Positions 29,083-40,599 of a stretch of 64,000 bases of DNA are shown here, in pieces. The notes beneath the pieces are model-generated. The model did not search any database and was not told the origin of the DNA. It worked only from the letters and a program-made list of their open reading frames with translations. Position 1 is the stretch's first letter. Each line of letters opens with the position of its first letter. The position numbers and the translations under genes were made by a program. Source of the DNA: the human T2T-CHM13v2.0 reference genome, Homo sapiens; the NCBI RefSeq assembly GCF_009914755.1, contig NC_060931.1, one strand, 5' to 3'.

Positions 29083-29230
29083 CAGAGCAATGCCATAATA
29101 CTCATCTTCAATAAATCCAGCAAATGCAATAACTGAAAATAACCAAAGAAAATGGTGCCTAATTTTTTATGTAATTTAGCAACAGAAATATATTAATCTA
29201 GCACTGGTAGTTATGTTAACCTCTTACATG
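29083..29230 (+). repeat. Local duplication, copy 1 (148 bp)
   Basis: 132/148 identical, no indels, to 30805-30952 (manual alignment). Confidence 0.95.
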
Positions 29231-29455
29231 GATTATCTCATTTATATTTATTGTTTTTGTTATTGAGAATTTTCTCTTCATGTTACTTGTCCATTTATAA
29301 TTGAAAGACAATTATTCTCTTACTAATTTGTATAATCTGCTTATATACAAAGATAATTACAGTTCAACTGTTTTATAGTTACCGAAAATATGACCTAATG
29401 CATCTCTCCCAATTTATTAACTGACCATTTAAATTTAAATATAGGAAGAGGTGTC

Positions 29456-29456
29456 A

Positions 29457-29493
<37 letters not shown>

Positions 29494-29580
29494 ATATATA
29501 TTTATGTATATATGTATATATATTTATGTATATATATGTGTATATATATTTATGTATATATATGTATATGTATATATATA
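29456..29580. repeat. (TA)n/(TATG)n microsatellite
   Basis: direct reading. Confidence 0.95.
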
Positions 29581-30460
29581 GCTTTTCAAAACATAGAATG
29601 TAAATTATTAGATGCTACATTTGTTGAACTTCAAGAGGGTCAAATTTAATAGCATGTCCTCTAAAATGCTTCCTCTCTCCTTGATAGATGAATGTGTTTG
29701 AATCCCCTTTAAACTCTTCCATCACTTTAATTTTATCTCTTCTATGATCTTCATGTATTTTATAGAATTTTAATTCTTTTTCTTTGTATATAATTGATAC
29801 TATGTAACTAATAAATTCCCAAAAGACAGTGGAAATTTTTGTGTTTTTCTTTTCTCATTCTACATAAAACAGCATTTTGAGGTAGGCATTAAATCATCTA
29901 CATTTTGAATAAATGTTCTTATTCAGAAAATTCTATAGATTCATGCTTCAACTTCTTAAAATAATATAAAGCACAACATGTGTGATAAAACCTCTTTCTA
30001 CTCCTGAAGGTACACTTATTTATCTACTCCAAGTCTCAATTATTCATTTGGAAACTACTAAAAATAGCTTATGTGGTTGTTATTTGATAGAAAGCTAATG
30101 CGAACAGAATAAATTTAAGGTTTTTTTGCTAAATATCTTGAGTATTGAGGTGACAACAAATAAATACAGTATCATTTAAAATGTTTTAAATGTTCCAATC
30201 ATGATTACCTTGAAATAAAATAAAATAATAGCCACCAATTATTATGTACACTCTGTGTGCCAGACCCAGAGCCAGGTGATCTAAAATATCTATTCATACC
30301 AATAAGAAACTGTTCAGACCTAAGCAGAATTCAGGGACAGGCAGTGCAAAGAAGAGGGATTTTTCAAAGAATGAAGTCAATATATTTAGATAACAGGGAA
30401 GAGAGCAACAGTAATAGCACAAAGTTCAGACAAGATGACTAACACTTTTTCAAAAAAAAC

Positions 30461-30537
30461 TTAGGTTAGTTCAAAAATAATTGCTTTTGCCATTGAAAGT
30501 AAGGGCAAAAATTGCAATTACTTTTGCACCAAACTAA
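30461..30537. mobile_element. MADE1 (Hsmar1-derived MITE)
   Basis: ttaggttagttcaaaaataattgc...gcaattacttttgcaccaaactaa, near-palindromic mariner TIRs. Confidence 0.9.
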
Positions 30538-30804
30538 TAGGTGTAAATTTCATGGGGGGAATATTATCAAATTAATGTTTCTCTAAATTTCACAATTTTT
30601 CTGCTTGAAGTAGAATTAAATAAATAACATATAATTAAATATTAATCATAAACTGATGGAAAAATTATGTTGTAGAATTACAATGCAGGAGGCAATAGAG
30701 CTATCAAAATGATTTTCTTCATTATATATATTATATATCTGTTATATATAATAGAAATGTATATATGTGTGTGTGTATACGTGTATATATATATATATAT
30801 ATAT

Positions 30805-30952
30805 CAGAGAAATGCCATAATACTTGTCTTCAATAAACCCAGCAAATTCAAGAACTGAAAATAACCAAAGAAAATAGTGCCTCATTTTTGATGTAATTTG
30901 GCAATTGAAATATATTGATCTAGCACAGGCAGTTATATTAACCTCTTACATG
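30805..30952 (+). repeat. Local duplication, copy 2, embedded in a TA-rich tract
   Basis: Matches 29083-29230; TA-rich flanks 30720-30804 and 30953-31029. Confidence 0.95.
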
Positions 30953-32260
30953 AAATATATATATAAATATAATCTGTTATATCTTAAAATGATCTGATAT
31001 TTATGTATATGTATATATATAACAGATATTTCAAATTAACATAAACTTAAATGATCCAGAAAAAGTCACTTATTATAATAATACATTCAGAAAGCTGAAC
31101 TGTTGACAATTTTCAGTATAAAATGCCTACCATAAATACGTTTTTTTTTCTCAGCTTACCCGTGGCATTTAGAGTGCTGTTGTTAAGTTTTTCTAACTGG
31201 TTGTTTTGTTTAAGAAATCAGAAAGGCTGCTTTAGGCTAACTGGAGGTTATATGTTCACAATAAATCTAGACATGAAAATCAATAGAAACATTTAAACCT
31301 GTGATGTTGCAGAAGTGCCTCTCAAAAAAGATCAAATGCTAAGAACTGAATCTCATATCCACGATTGCACATTATCACCACAAGTGAAGGCTTGTTGACA
31401 CTATTCTGTTTCTATTTCAAGGCAGCTGCAATACAGTTTGGAAAACATGACTCTATTTAAAGGATCTTCAGGCATATTAGTGAGGTCTTAAAGACTGTGT
31501 GAGAAGCATCAGCGCTCCAGGGACAGGCTTCCTTATTCACTGAGGACATCATCACCAGGGTTAGTCCTTGAACCCACAGCACATGCAGAGAGAAGTAGCA
31601 GTAAAGAAGGTGTAGTGACAGAAAGATGCACTTTTCATGTTAGGTAGGAAGCGAGGCATCCTAACAGAAGGGATGGAGTAGGAATATACAGATGTGATCA
31701 ATGAGAAAAAAGGGAGAAATCCATGGATTTATTAGAGAGATGAATGTGTGTTTTGCAAAAACTGTTCTCCATTCTCTCAGTTGTCTCTTGTCCTGTGATA
31801 ATATTCATGTCTTTGAAAGTTCTACACCCATCTGGATAGTCCTGTCTGTTTCTAGCAGATTCATATTGCTGTAATATTTCCATTTCCTTTCAGTGAGTTT
31901 TTCTTTTGCCTGTCCCCACTACATTTCATGTTTATTTTCAGTTTTCCCGGATCTTACAGAACACTCCAAATAGTAACAGTAGTCATATCAACTCTCTAGA
32001 GTTACTGAACTTTATCCCAAAGGAATCTGTCTTTGAGAAATCTGTGTCTTTGGGAAATTGTGAGGTTGTAAACTACGTTTTACTCCTATGAGAAATAATA
32101 AGACTTCATGCTCTGTAAACTACAGTTATATACAAATGTGTACATATTCACATTCACACGTACATTTCAATGGAAAGCAATTCATGGTGCTAGCCATTCT
32201 TATTGAAAGGTGATTCGGGTAAGGATAGCAGAAAACAAAACTTAGTGTGTAACGATGTAC

Positions 32261-32875
32261 CGTTCGTGGGAGTGTAAATTAGTTCACCCATTGTGGAAGA
32301 CGGTGTGGCGATTCATGAAAGATCTAGATCTAGAAATACCATTTGACCCAGCAATCCCATTACTGGGTATATACCCAAAGGATTATAAATCATTCTACTA
32401 TAAAGACACATGCACACGTATGTTTATTCCAGCACTATTTACAATAGCAAAGACTTGGAACCAACCCAAATGTCCATCAATGATAGACTGGATAAAGAAA
32501 ATGTGGCACATATACAGCATGGAATACTATGCAGCCATAAAAAAAGATGAGTTCATGTCCTTTTCAGGGACATGGATAGAGCTGGAAACCATCATTCTCA
32601 GCAAAGTAACACAGGAACAGAAAACCAACCACTGCATGTTCTCACTCATAAGTGGGAGTTGAACAATGAGAACACATGGACACAGGGAGGGGAACGTCAT
32701 ACACCAGGGCCTGTCAGGGGCTGGGGGGAAGGGATAGCATTAGGAGAAATACCTAATGTAGGTGAGGGGTTGATGGGTGCAGCAAACCACCATGACACAT
32801 GAATACCTATGTAACAAACCTGCACATTCTGCACATGTATCCCAGAACTTAGGTGAAATAAATAAATAAATAAAT
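32261..32875 (+). mobile_element. L1PA7-like 3' end (ORF2 C-terminus, 3' UTR, (AAAT)n tail)
   Basis: ORF 32255-32662 'PFDPAIPLLGIYPKDYKSFYYKDTCTRMF...MFSLISGS' is the L1 ORF2 C-terminus; 3'UTR gggatagcattaggagaaatacctaatgta. Confidence 0.93.
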
Positions 32876-33442
32876 ATGTACTTAATGTAAGAGTTGTGAG
32901 GGATTTTTGTGTGTGTAAAATGCAAAAATTTAGGATAATGTAAAAATTATGAAATAATACAAGAAAATCAGAAATAACATTAAAAAGAAAAAATTCAATA
33001 TTTTCAATGGGTGGTAACTTTTTATACCATATAGATCATTTCTTTCTCTTAAGAAGATTTAGCATTCTTAGTTATATTTTTCAGAAGATAAAAATGAATT
33101 TCAGATATATTGATAAGCTGTGTACTATGTTACACAGTCCATCAAAATAATAATATTTTAATCAGTTATAGCCAATAAATTAAAATATTTATCAGTCTTG
33201 GACTACAGTTTTTTTCATAACAAATTTTATCAGATTCAGGAAGAGTTTTAGAAGTTGTTATATCATTGGAATGACATTGAAGATTTTACATGAAGATAAA
33301 CAAGCAGACCATTCAAAAATATGTAACTTAAAGGTTTCTTTATGTACTAAAGTTGAAATTTGTACAAATACTAGTATAAAAGCTTGAAAATATTTTATAG
33401 ATTCACAGAGTAACTAATGATTTGTTTTTATAAAAAATGGAG

Positions 33443-35458
33443 GAAGCACTTGCCAGAGCAATCAGGCAAAGGAAAGAAATAAAAGGTATCCAAATAGGAA
33501 ATTAAGAAGCCAAACTATCTCTCTTTGCTGGTGATCTGATTCTATACCTTGAAAGCACTAAAGACTCCACCGAAAGGCTACTAGAACTGATAAATTATTT
33601 TAGTAAGATTTCAGAGTACCAAATCAGCATACAGAAATCAGTAGCACTTTTATACACCAGTAATGTCTAGGCTGAAAGACAAATCAAGAACACAATCCAA
33701 TTTACAACAGCCACAAAGAAAATAAAACACCTAGGAATATAACTAATCAAGGAGGTGAAAGATCTCTACAAGGAGAACTACAAAACACTGCTGAAAGAAA
33801 TGAGAGATGGCACAACTAAATGGAAAATCATTCCATACTCATGGATTGGAATAATCAATATCATTAACATGGCTATACTACTCAAAGCAATTTGCAGATT
33901 CAACACTATTCCTATCAAATTACCAACATAATTATTTAAAGAATTAGGAAAAACTATTCTAAAATCCATGTGGAACCAAAAACCAAAAAAGAGACTGAAT
34001 ACCCAAGGCAATCCTAAGCAAAAAAAACAAAGCCAGAGGCATCACATTACCTGACTTCAAACTATGCTATAAGGCTACAGTACCCAAAATATCATGGTAC
34101 TGGTACAAAAACAGACACACAGATCCATGGAACAGAATGGAGAACCCAGAAATAAAGCTCCACACCTACAGCCATCTGATCTTCAGCAAAGTCAACAAAA
34201 ATAAGCAATGGGGAAAGGACTCCCTATTCAATAAATGGTGCTGGATTAATTGGTTACCCGTGTACATGAGAATAAAACTGGACTCCTACCTTTCACCATG
34301 TACAAAAATTAGCTAAAGATGGATTAAAGATTTATAAAACCTCAAGTTATAAGAATCCTGGAAGATAACCTAGCAAATACCTTTCTTGATATATCAGCCT
34401 TGGCAAGTAAATTTTGGCTAAGTCTACAAGACAAGAGTAATTTCAACAAAAACAAAAATTTACAAGTGGGACCCAATTAAACTAAGGAGCTTCTGCACAG
34501 CAAAAGAAGCTATCAATAAACAGATAATCTAGAGAATGGGAGAAAATATTCACAAACTAAGCATCTGACAAAGGTCTAATGCCCAGAATCTATAAGAAAC
34601 TTAAAAAAAAAAAAAAAGCAAAAGACAACCCTATCAAAAAATGGACAATGGACATGAACAGACACTTCTCAAAAGAAGACATACAGGTGACCCACAAATA
34701 TTAAGAAATGCTTATCATCACTAATCATCAGAGAAATGTGAATAGAAAGCAAAATAAAATACCGTCTCACACCAGTCAGAATAGCTGTTATTAAAAAGTC
34801 AAAAACACAAGAGATGCTGGCAAGGCTGTGGAGAAGTGGAAGGCTGTGGAGAAGTGGGAATGCTTATACACTATTGGTGAGAATGTAAAGGAGTTCAGCC
34901 ACTGTGGAAAGCAGTTTGGAGTTCTCTCAAAGAACTTAAAACAGAGCTACCATTTGAACCAGCAATCCCATTACCAGGTATATAACCAAAGGAAAATAGA
35001 TCATTATACCAAAAAGACACATGTTCATAGCCAACACTATTCATAATAGCAAAGACGTGGACACAGCCTAGGTGCCCATCAATGGTGGACTGGATAAAGA
35101 TAATGTGGTACATATATATCAGGTAATACTATGAATCCATAAAAAGAATGAAATCATGTCCTTCACAGCAATATGGTTGGAACTGGAGGCCATTAAGGCC
35201 ATAATCATAAGTGAATTAACAAAATAACAGAAAATCAAATACCATATGGTCACACTTATAAGTAGGAGCTAAACACTGAGCACCTATGGATGTAAATATG
35301 GCAACAATAGACACGGGATTACTAGAAGGGGAGGGGAGGCTGGGATGAAAAATTACCTGCTGGTTACTGTACTCACTAGCTGGGTACAACATACCCATGT
35401 AACAAAACTACACATACAGCCCTTGTATCTAAAATAAGAGTTGAAATTGTTTTAAAAA
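33443..35458 (+). mobile_element. L1PB-like 5'-truncated element (about 2 kb)
   Basis: Continuous decayed ORF2 and 3' UTR ending ctaaaataagagttgaaatt; flanks aaaaaatgga / aaaaacatgga. Confidence 0.9.
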
Positions 35459-35766
35459 ACATGGACACCTAAGTATAAGGTTAAAGTCAGCCATTCATTT
35501 TACTTACAACATTATTTTGCATGTATTAGAGAAAACTTAGAGAGACACACAATCAACAATTTATAAAATTGTGTGAAGGCAAACCTTCTATACAGTTGAA
35601 CAATCTAAAGTGTTTTCATTACTTTGAAGTGATGACAACAACAAAAATATTTCACACTGACCATTTCATTGGTTAAAATCACAAATCAGAAAACATCACA
35701 GGAAATTTATTTTTGAAAATTGACACAATTTTAAAAAATAAAGTAAAATTTGTTTTACCAAATTTA

Positions 35767-35822
35767 TTAGGTTTGATGCAAAAGAAATTGCAAAAACCGC
35801 AAACACTTTTGCAACAACCTAA
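35767..35822. mobile_element. MADE1, centrally deleted
   Basis: ttaggtttgatgcaaaag...cttttgcaacaacctaa. Confidence 0.8.
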
Positions 35823-38229
35823 AATTAAAATATTTTCTATTTGTATGTATTATCATTTTCTTTTTCAATAAGATAGGAGAAATTAAAGAACATAAGTTCA
35901 ATAACATGAAAAGAGATTCAATAACTATTTGCTGAATTGAATTTAATTGAGGATTATTTTATCCCTTGTGGACAAATCCTTGTAGTTTTCTTCAGAACAG
36001 AGTTTTTAAGTTAAATGAGCTGGGGTGGGAGCAGGGCAGATAAAATTAAATAAATAGTTATATTTTAGTATTTTAATTATTATTTAAGTACCTTTTAATT
36101 TTTTTTTTTTACCAATGCTTAAGAGATTCACAATATGGCTGCCACCTGTCACTGGATAATTATTGGAAGCCAAACAATTTCACATAGTAAAACATCATGA
36201 TTCTGATTGGTTCCGATTTTTGCAATAAGAATATTAAATTGTTTTCTAATCCTACCTAATTAGTATTTTGCCATTCATTACCATAATATTGAAAGATGTA
36301 TTCTTATAAATCTCTTGGTTACCTATAAAGCAAAAGTTCTAGCTAAGCGGTAGTTAACCTAAGTAATTAAAGTATCCATCTTCTTTCTATTTTGGACAAG
36401 AAAACAACAGCTAAGCCTTCAAGACAGAAAACTAACTCAGCAGTTTCTTCACTGGCCCAAGTTTAATACAGTGTGAAAATGGCATTTTATATTGTGGCTA
36501 AACTCCTGCTTTTTTACTGATGACTTCATGATTCTTTTTCAAAATTGTGAGGCTAAAACCATTTTAAAAAATCATAGATTTTGACTGGACCAAAATATAA
36601 CATTCTGAAGCTGGAGAAGCTTAAGGAATCTCATGGTTAAATTTTAGTTCTGCACGTTTATAAAGATACAAGCTAGGTGGAGTAAATACTAGCGTACTCC
36701 TCCTCTAAATTCAAGACCCATGCTTTTTCCAGAACGCCATATAACCCACCTAACTAACAGGAAGTAAGGATGAGGATGCAAAAGATGTTAAAAGACTGAG
36801 AGCAGGATTTATGGGAAGCTAGTCTGGGTGCCCAATTGGTCATTAAAATTCAAAGTTGGGTAAATTTTGCATGATTTAGGATCATGGCAAAAAAAGAAAA
36901 AAATATTATTGTGTTATCACAATTTCATCTCCCATTTTCCTTTTGGTTTCATTGTTAAATAAATATAAAATAAGTAAACACATGTAAAAATAAATAAACA
37001 TTGGCCAGTTGAAAAAACTCGAAAACATGACATTTTCAAAGGTGAATTCATAGAAACTGGAAATTAATGGTGAGCTATTCACTTATTCATCCCTAAGGGA
37101 CTGAGGAAAATAGGTTCAGTTTTCTTTTATATAATATAAATAACATTGGAGTAAGATTGCACCTGTCATAGATGAAAATACCATATTTATGTCTTCTTAT
37201 AATCCATTCATTGCTTTATGGACCCAAAGTCCTCCAGGGAGTGTCACAAATCCATGTAATGTTCCTGAGTGTTACATTTTGCATTTTGATCTATGATTTA
37301 GCTGACAGATTTGAATAAACACTTGGAGTCAGGGAACTCTGATAACTGCAGCACATGTGTGGAGCCCAAAGAGTGCAAATTCCTCTAAGGTCATATTGGC
37401 TTTTCCCTAAAATCTTCTACAATTTCTTTTTTGCTGAAGTTAAAATAGTCTTTTAGCGATAAAAGACATCTATTGTAAAAATTTATATTGTGTTGAATTT
37501 TGTTCTTTTTTTAATCAAGTTTTAGTAAATTCATTAAAATGAAAATGTTGTAATTTTTATAAAGAAACAAACTACTGAATGCTACAATTTTGAGACATAC
37601 TCTTCAACAACAATGAAAAGAAAATTCCATTATTTGTCTCTTTGCTTTGGAGAGCAACTTTAGGCATCATCCCATGCATGACACTGTCTCAAATGTCAGC
37701 TTCATACATTTAAAAATATTTGAATATTTCAGTGGACAACCATAGAAAAAAATGATGAGGACATTTTTGCATATATATTTCTATTTAATATCATTCAATT
37801 ATTTTTTAACAATCTCTGCCCCATCAAAAACAAACTCTCCTATGGCCCACAAATTATTTAAATAACTTGTTTCTTTCTGCACCTCCCTTCACTTTTTGGG
37901 CTCCACTGAACTCCGATCTTTCTTTAAGGCCATTTCCTCTCTTGTACTGCATCTCAAAATGTTGATTACTTCTTGGCTGCTATCCAACATATTACAAAGA
38001 TAGGATGCTTTTGGCATTTGTCCACCATTTTTAAATCTTTCCTTTGAAGTAAATGACATATAACCAGCTCACCTTTCTATATTTTTTAAAACCACTATAT
38101 TCTACTAACTTCCTGGTCACTTCTTCACCTCTCTCAGGTATTTTGAAACCTGTCTTATTATTTACCAGCTGTAAGTATCCATCCTATTATCCACGTAGAA
38201 AATATTGCTAATATTTCAAAGGCCCCACC

Positions 38230-38660
38230 AGTCATATGAGCTGGAGTGAGATTTTGGTTCGGAAGGGAGCCACATGAGGATGGACAAGCACTCAAAGTCC
38301 ACCTTGCAGCAAGAATGGTGCCAGAGCCATTTGGCTTTACCAGCCAGTGGTGGTTGTGAGACAATCATAAGCAGCAAGACTCAGGCAGTAGTTGAGTTTG
38401 TAGCAAAGTCAAATATTTGGCTTCTGTAAGGCAAGCTGTAGAATCTACTGCTCAGTGACATTTATGATGAAAAGTTTTCCTGGGAGGCCAGTTCGGCCAT
38501 TCAAAGCATGCTCCTGGAAGCTAGGTCTTGAGCTTTGTCCTGGAATCTTGTTCTTTTCACAACAAACCTGTGAGCTCCTGATATCTGCTTACTAAGCCTC
38601 TTCTCTGGTGAAAGAGCCAGAATCTGCTTCCTTTGCTTGAAATGAAGAAGTCTGAGTAAA
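38230..38660 (+). mobile_element. Old ERVL/MaLR LTR
   Basis: 3' end resembles ...agccagaatctgcttcctttgcttg; left boundary uncertain. Confidence 0.45.
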
Positions 38661-39030
38661 ATCAAGTCAGCATGGTTCCAAAACTTTCTTTAGCAATTCT
38701 CTGTGGCCTAGGAGCAGAAAAAGAGAAAGCAGTTGATTAAGGTGATTTACATAAATTCAATAAACTCAACATGTTAATGACTCATTCTTATCTAGTTAGT
38801 AAAGCAATGCTAAAGAATCCACCTGACAAAATATCCTAGCAACAATTTTACATTTTTTAACTAATAAAATAACCTTACAGTAAATGTAATTTAGGAGAAA
38901 AATATGTTAGCACCTTTAAGCTAATCACCATAACATGGTATTCCACTGGTTTCTGTCTTTCATTTGATCTTTAACCTTATATATTATATTTTATATTATA
39001 ATGATCATATAATATTTTATTTTCTGCCTG

Positions 39031-39523
39031 TGTACCATGCAGGGTCCAGGAGAAAATCGATGGCACACTCAAGTTAGATAATTCAAGAACAGTTTAATAA
39101 AGGGACAATTTATAAAGATGTGGGCTAGGTATAAGGAATCCAAAGGTATAGGGATCCTGGTACAGGATCCCAGGGATCCCAGGGCTGGTAACAGGGTGCT
39201 GCTCTCAACTCAAGGACAAAGAGGCCAGGGATGAGAATGGTCACTCAACCGAGATATGGAGACTGTTCTCTGTAGAGGTCTGGGTGACAGAAATCATCAC
39301 TTTTGACCGAGGAGCCCATACGGCTTTCAGTGATCATGCAAAGAGGCACTTGGGAGAATAAATACCAATGCCCTACTCTCCTTTCTGATATCCTGCCAGT
39401 GTTTCTCATTGCCATGATCAGAGGGAAAAATAACCTGCTGATAAAGGTCCAAGCAGGTCAACCACCAGTGACACAGAGCAGGGTGGATCTGGAAGGCAAA
39501 AGGAATATATGTATCCAGCAACA
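39031..39523 (-). mobile_element. ERVL solo LTR (LTR33-like)
   Basis: tgtaccatgcagggtcc...gatggcacactcaa...tttaataaagggac...gtggatctggaaggcaaa. Confidence 0.7.
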
Positions 39524-39758
39524 CCTATTTGTATAATATTTTATTAAGATGGCATATCATTGTGAAATTAGTTACCCTTCCATGATAAAGCTTTTTTATT
39601 TTTCCTCTTAAAAAGAAATGAGCAACATTTTTATGAATATCTTGGTATACAATACTTTTTTCACCTGAATAATTCCTAAGAAATGACACTGAAAATTATG
39701 TGATTGTTTTTCAGGAAAAGAATAGTTTCATGTGAGAAATATCTATTGTTTTAATTTA

Positions 39759-40359
39759 GGAAAACTGGCTAGCCATATGCAGAAAATTAAAATTGGACCC
39801 CTTCCTCACACCTTATACAAAAATTAACTCAAGATGGATTAAAGACTTAAACGTAAGACCTAAAACCATAGAAACCCTAGAAGAAAACCTAGGCAATACC
39901 ATTCAGGACATAGGCGTGGACAAAGATTTCATGACTGAAACACCAAAAAAAATGGCAACAAAAGCCAAAATTGACAAATGGGATCTAGTTAAACTAAAGA
40001 GCTTCTGCACAACAAAAGAAACTATTATCAGAGTGAACAGGCAACCTACAGAATGGGAGAAAATTTTTGCAATCTGTCCATCTGACAAAGGGCTAATATC
40101 CAGAATCTACAAAGAACTTAAACAAATTTACAATAAAAAAAAAAACAACCCCTTCAAAAAGTGGGTGAAGGATATGAACAGACACTTCTCAAAAGAAGAC
40201 ATTTATGCGGCCATCAAACATATGAAAAAAAGCTCATCATCACTGGTCATTAGAGAAACACAAATCAAAACCACAATGACATACCATCTCATGCCAGTTA
40301 GAATAGCAATCATTAAAAAGTCAGGAAACAACAGATGCTGGAGAAGATGTGGATAAATA
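39759..40359 (+). mobile_element. L1PA7-like internal ORF2 fragment, truncated at both ends
   Basis: ORF 39793-40356 '[24 protein letters not shown]...[10 protein letters not shown]'; no 3' UTR or poly(A). Confidence 0.93.
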
Positions 40360-40599
40360 ATTTGTGTTTCTATATCATTTTTAGAGTATTTGAACTGTAA
40401 TTCATTAAAAATTATATTAAATTTGTGTACAGTAAAATGTTTTCAGAATTCTTATATTTGTCATATAGGAATCACATATAACATCAGGATAGTTGAAAGA
40501 AAAAATATTTGTTTTAGGAGATAAAGAAACTCAGGCTCATTAAGGTTCATGGTTTGCTTTCAAGTCATATGGCCAGAAGTTACTAATGTTTAGGTTACA

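Noticed and set aside
32255-32662. 135-aa ORF (also 39793-40356, 45699-45992, 46517-46831)
   Set aside because: Fragments of L1 ORF2 in truncated retrotransposon copies, not genes
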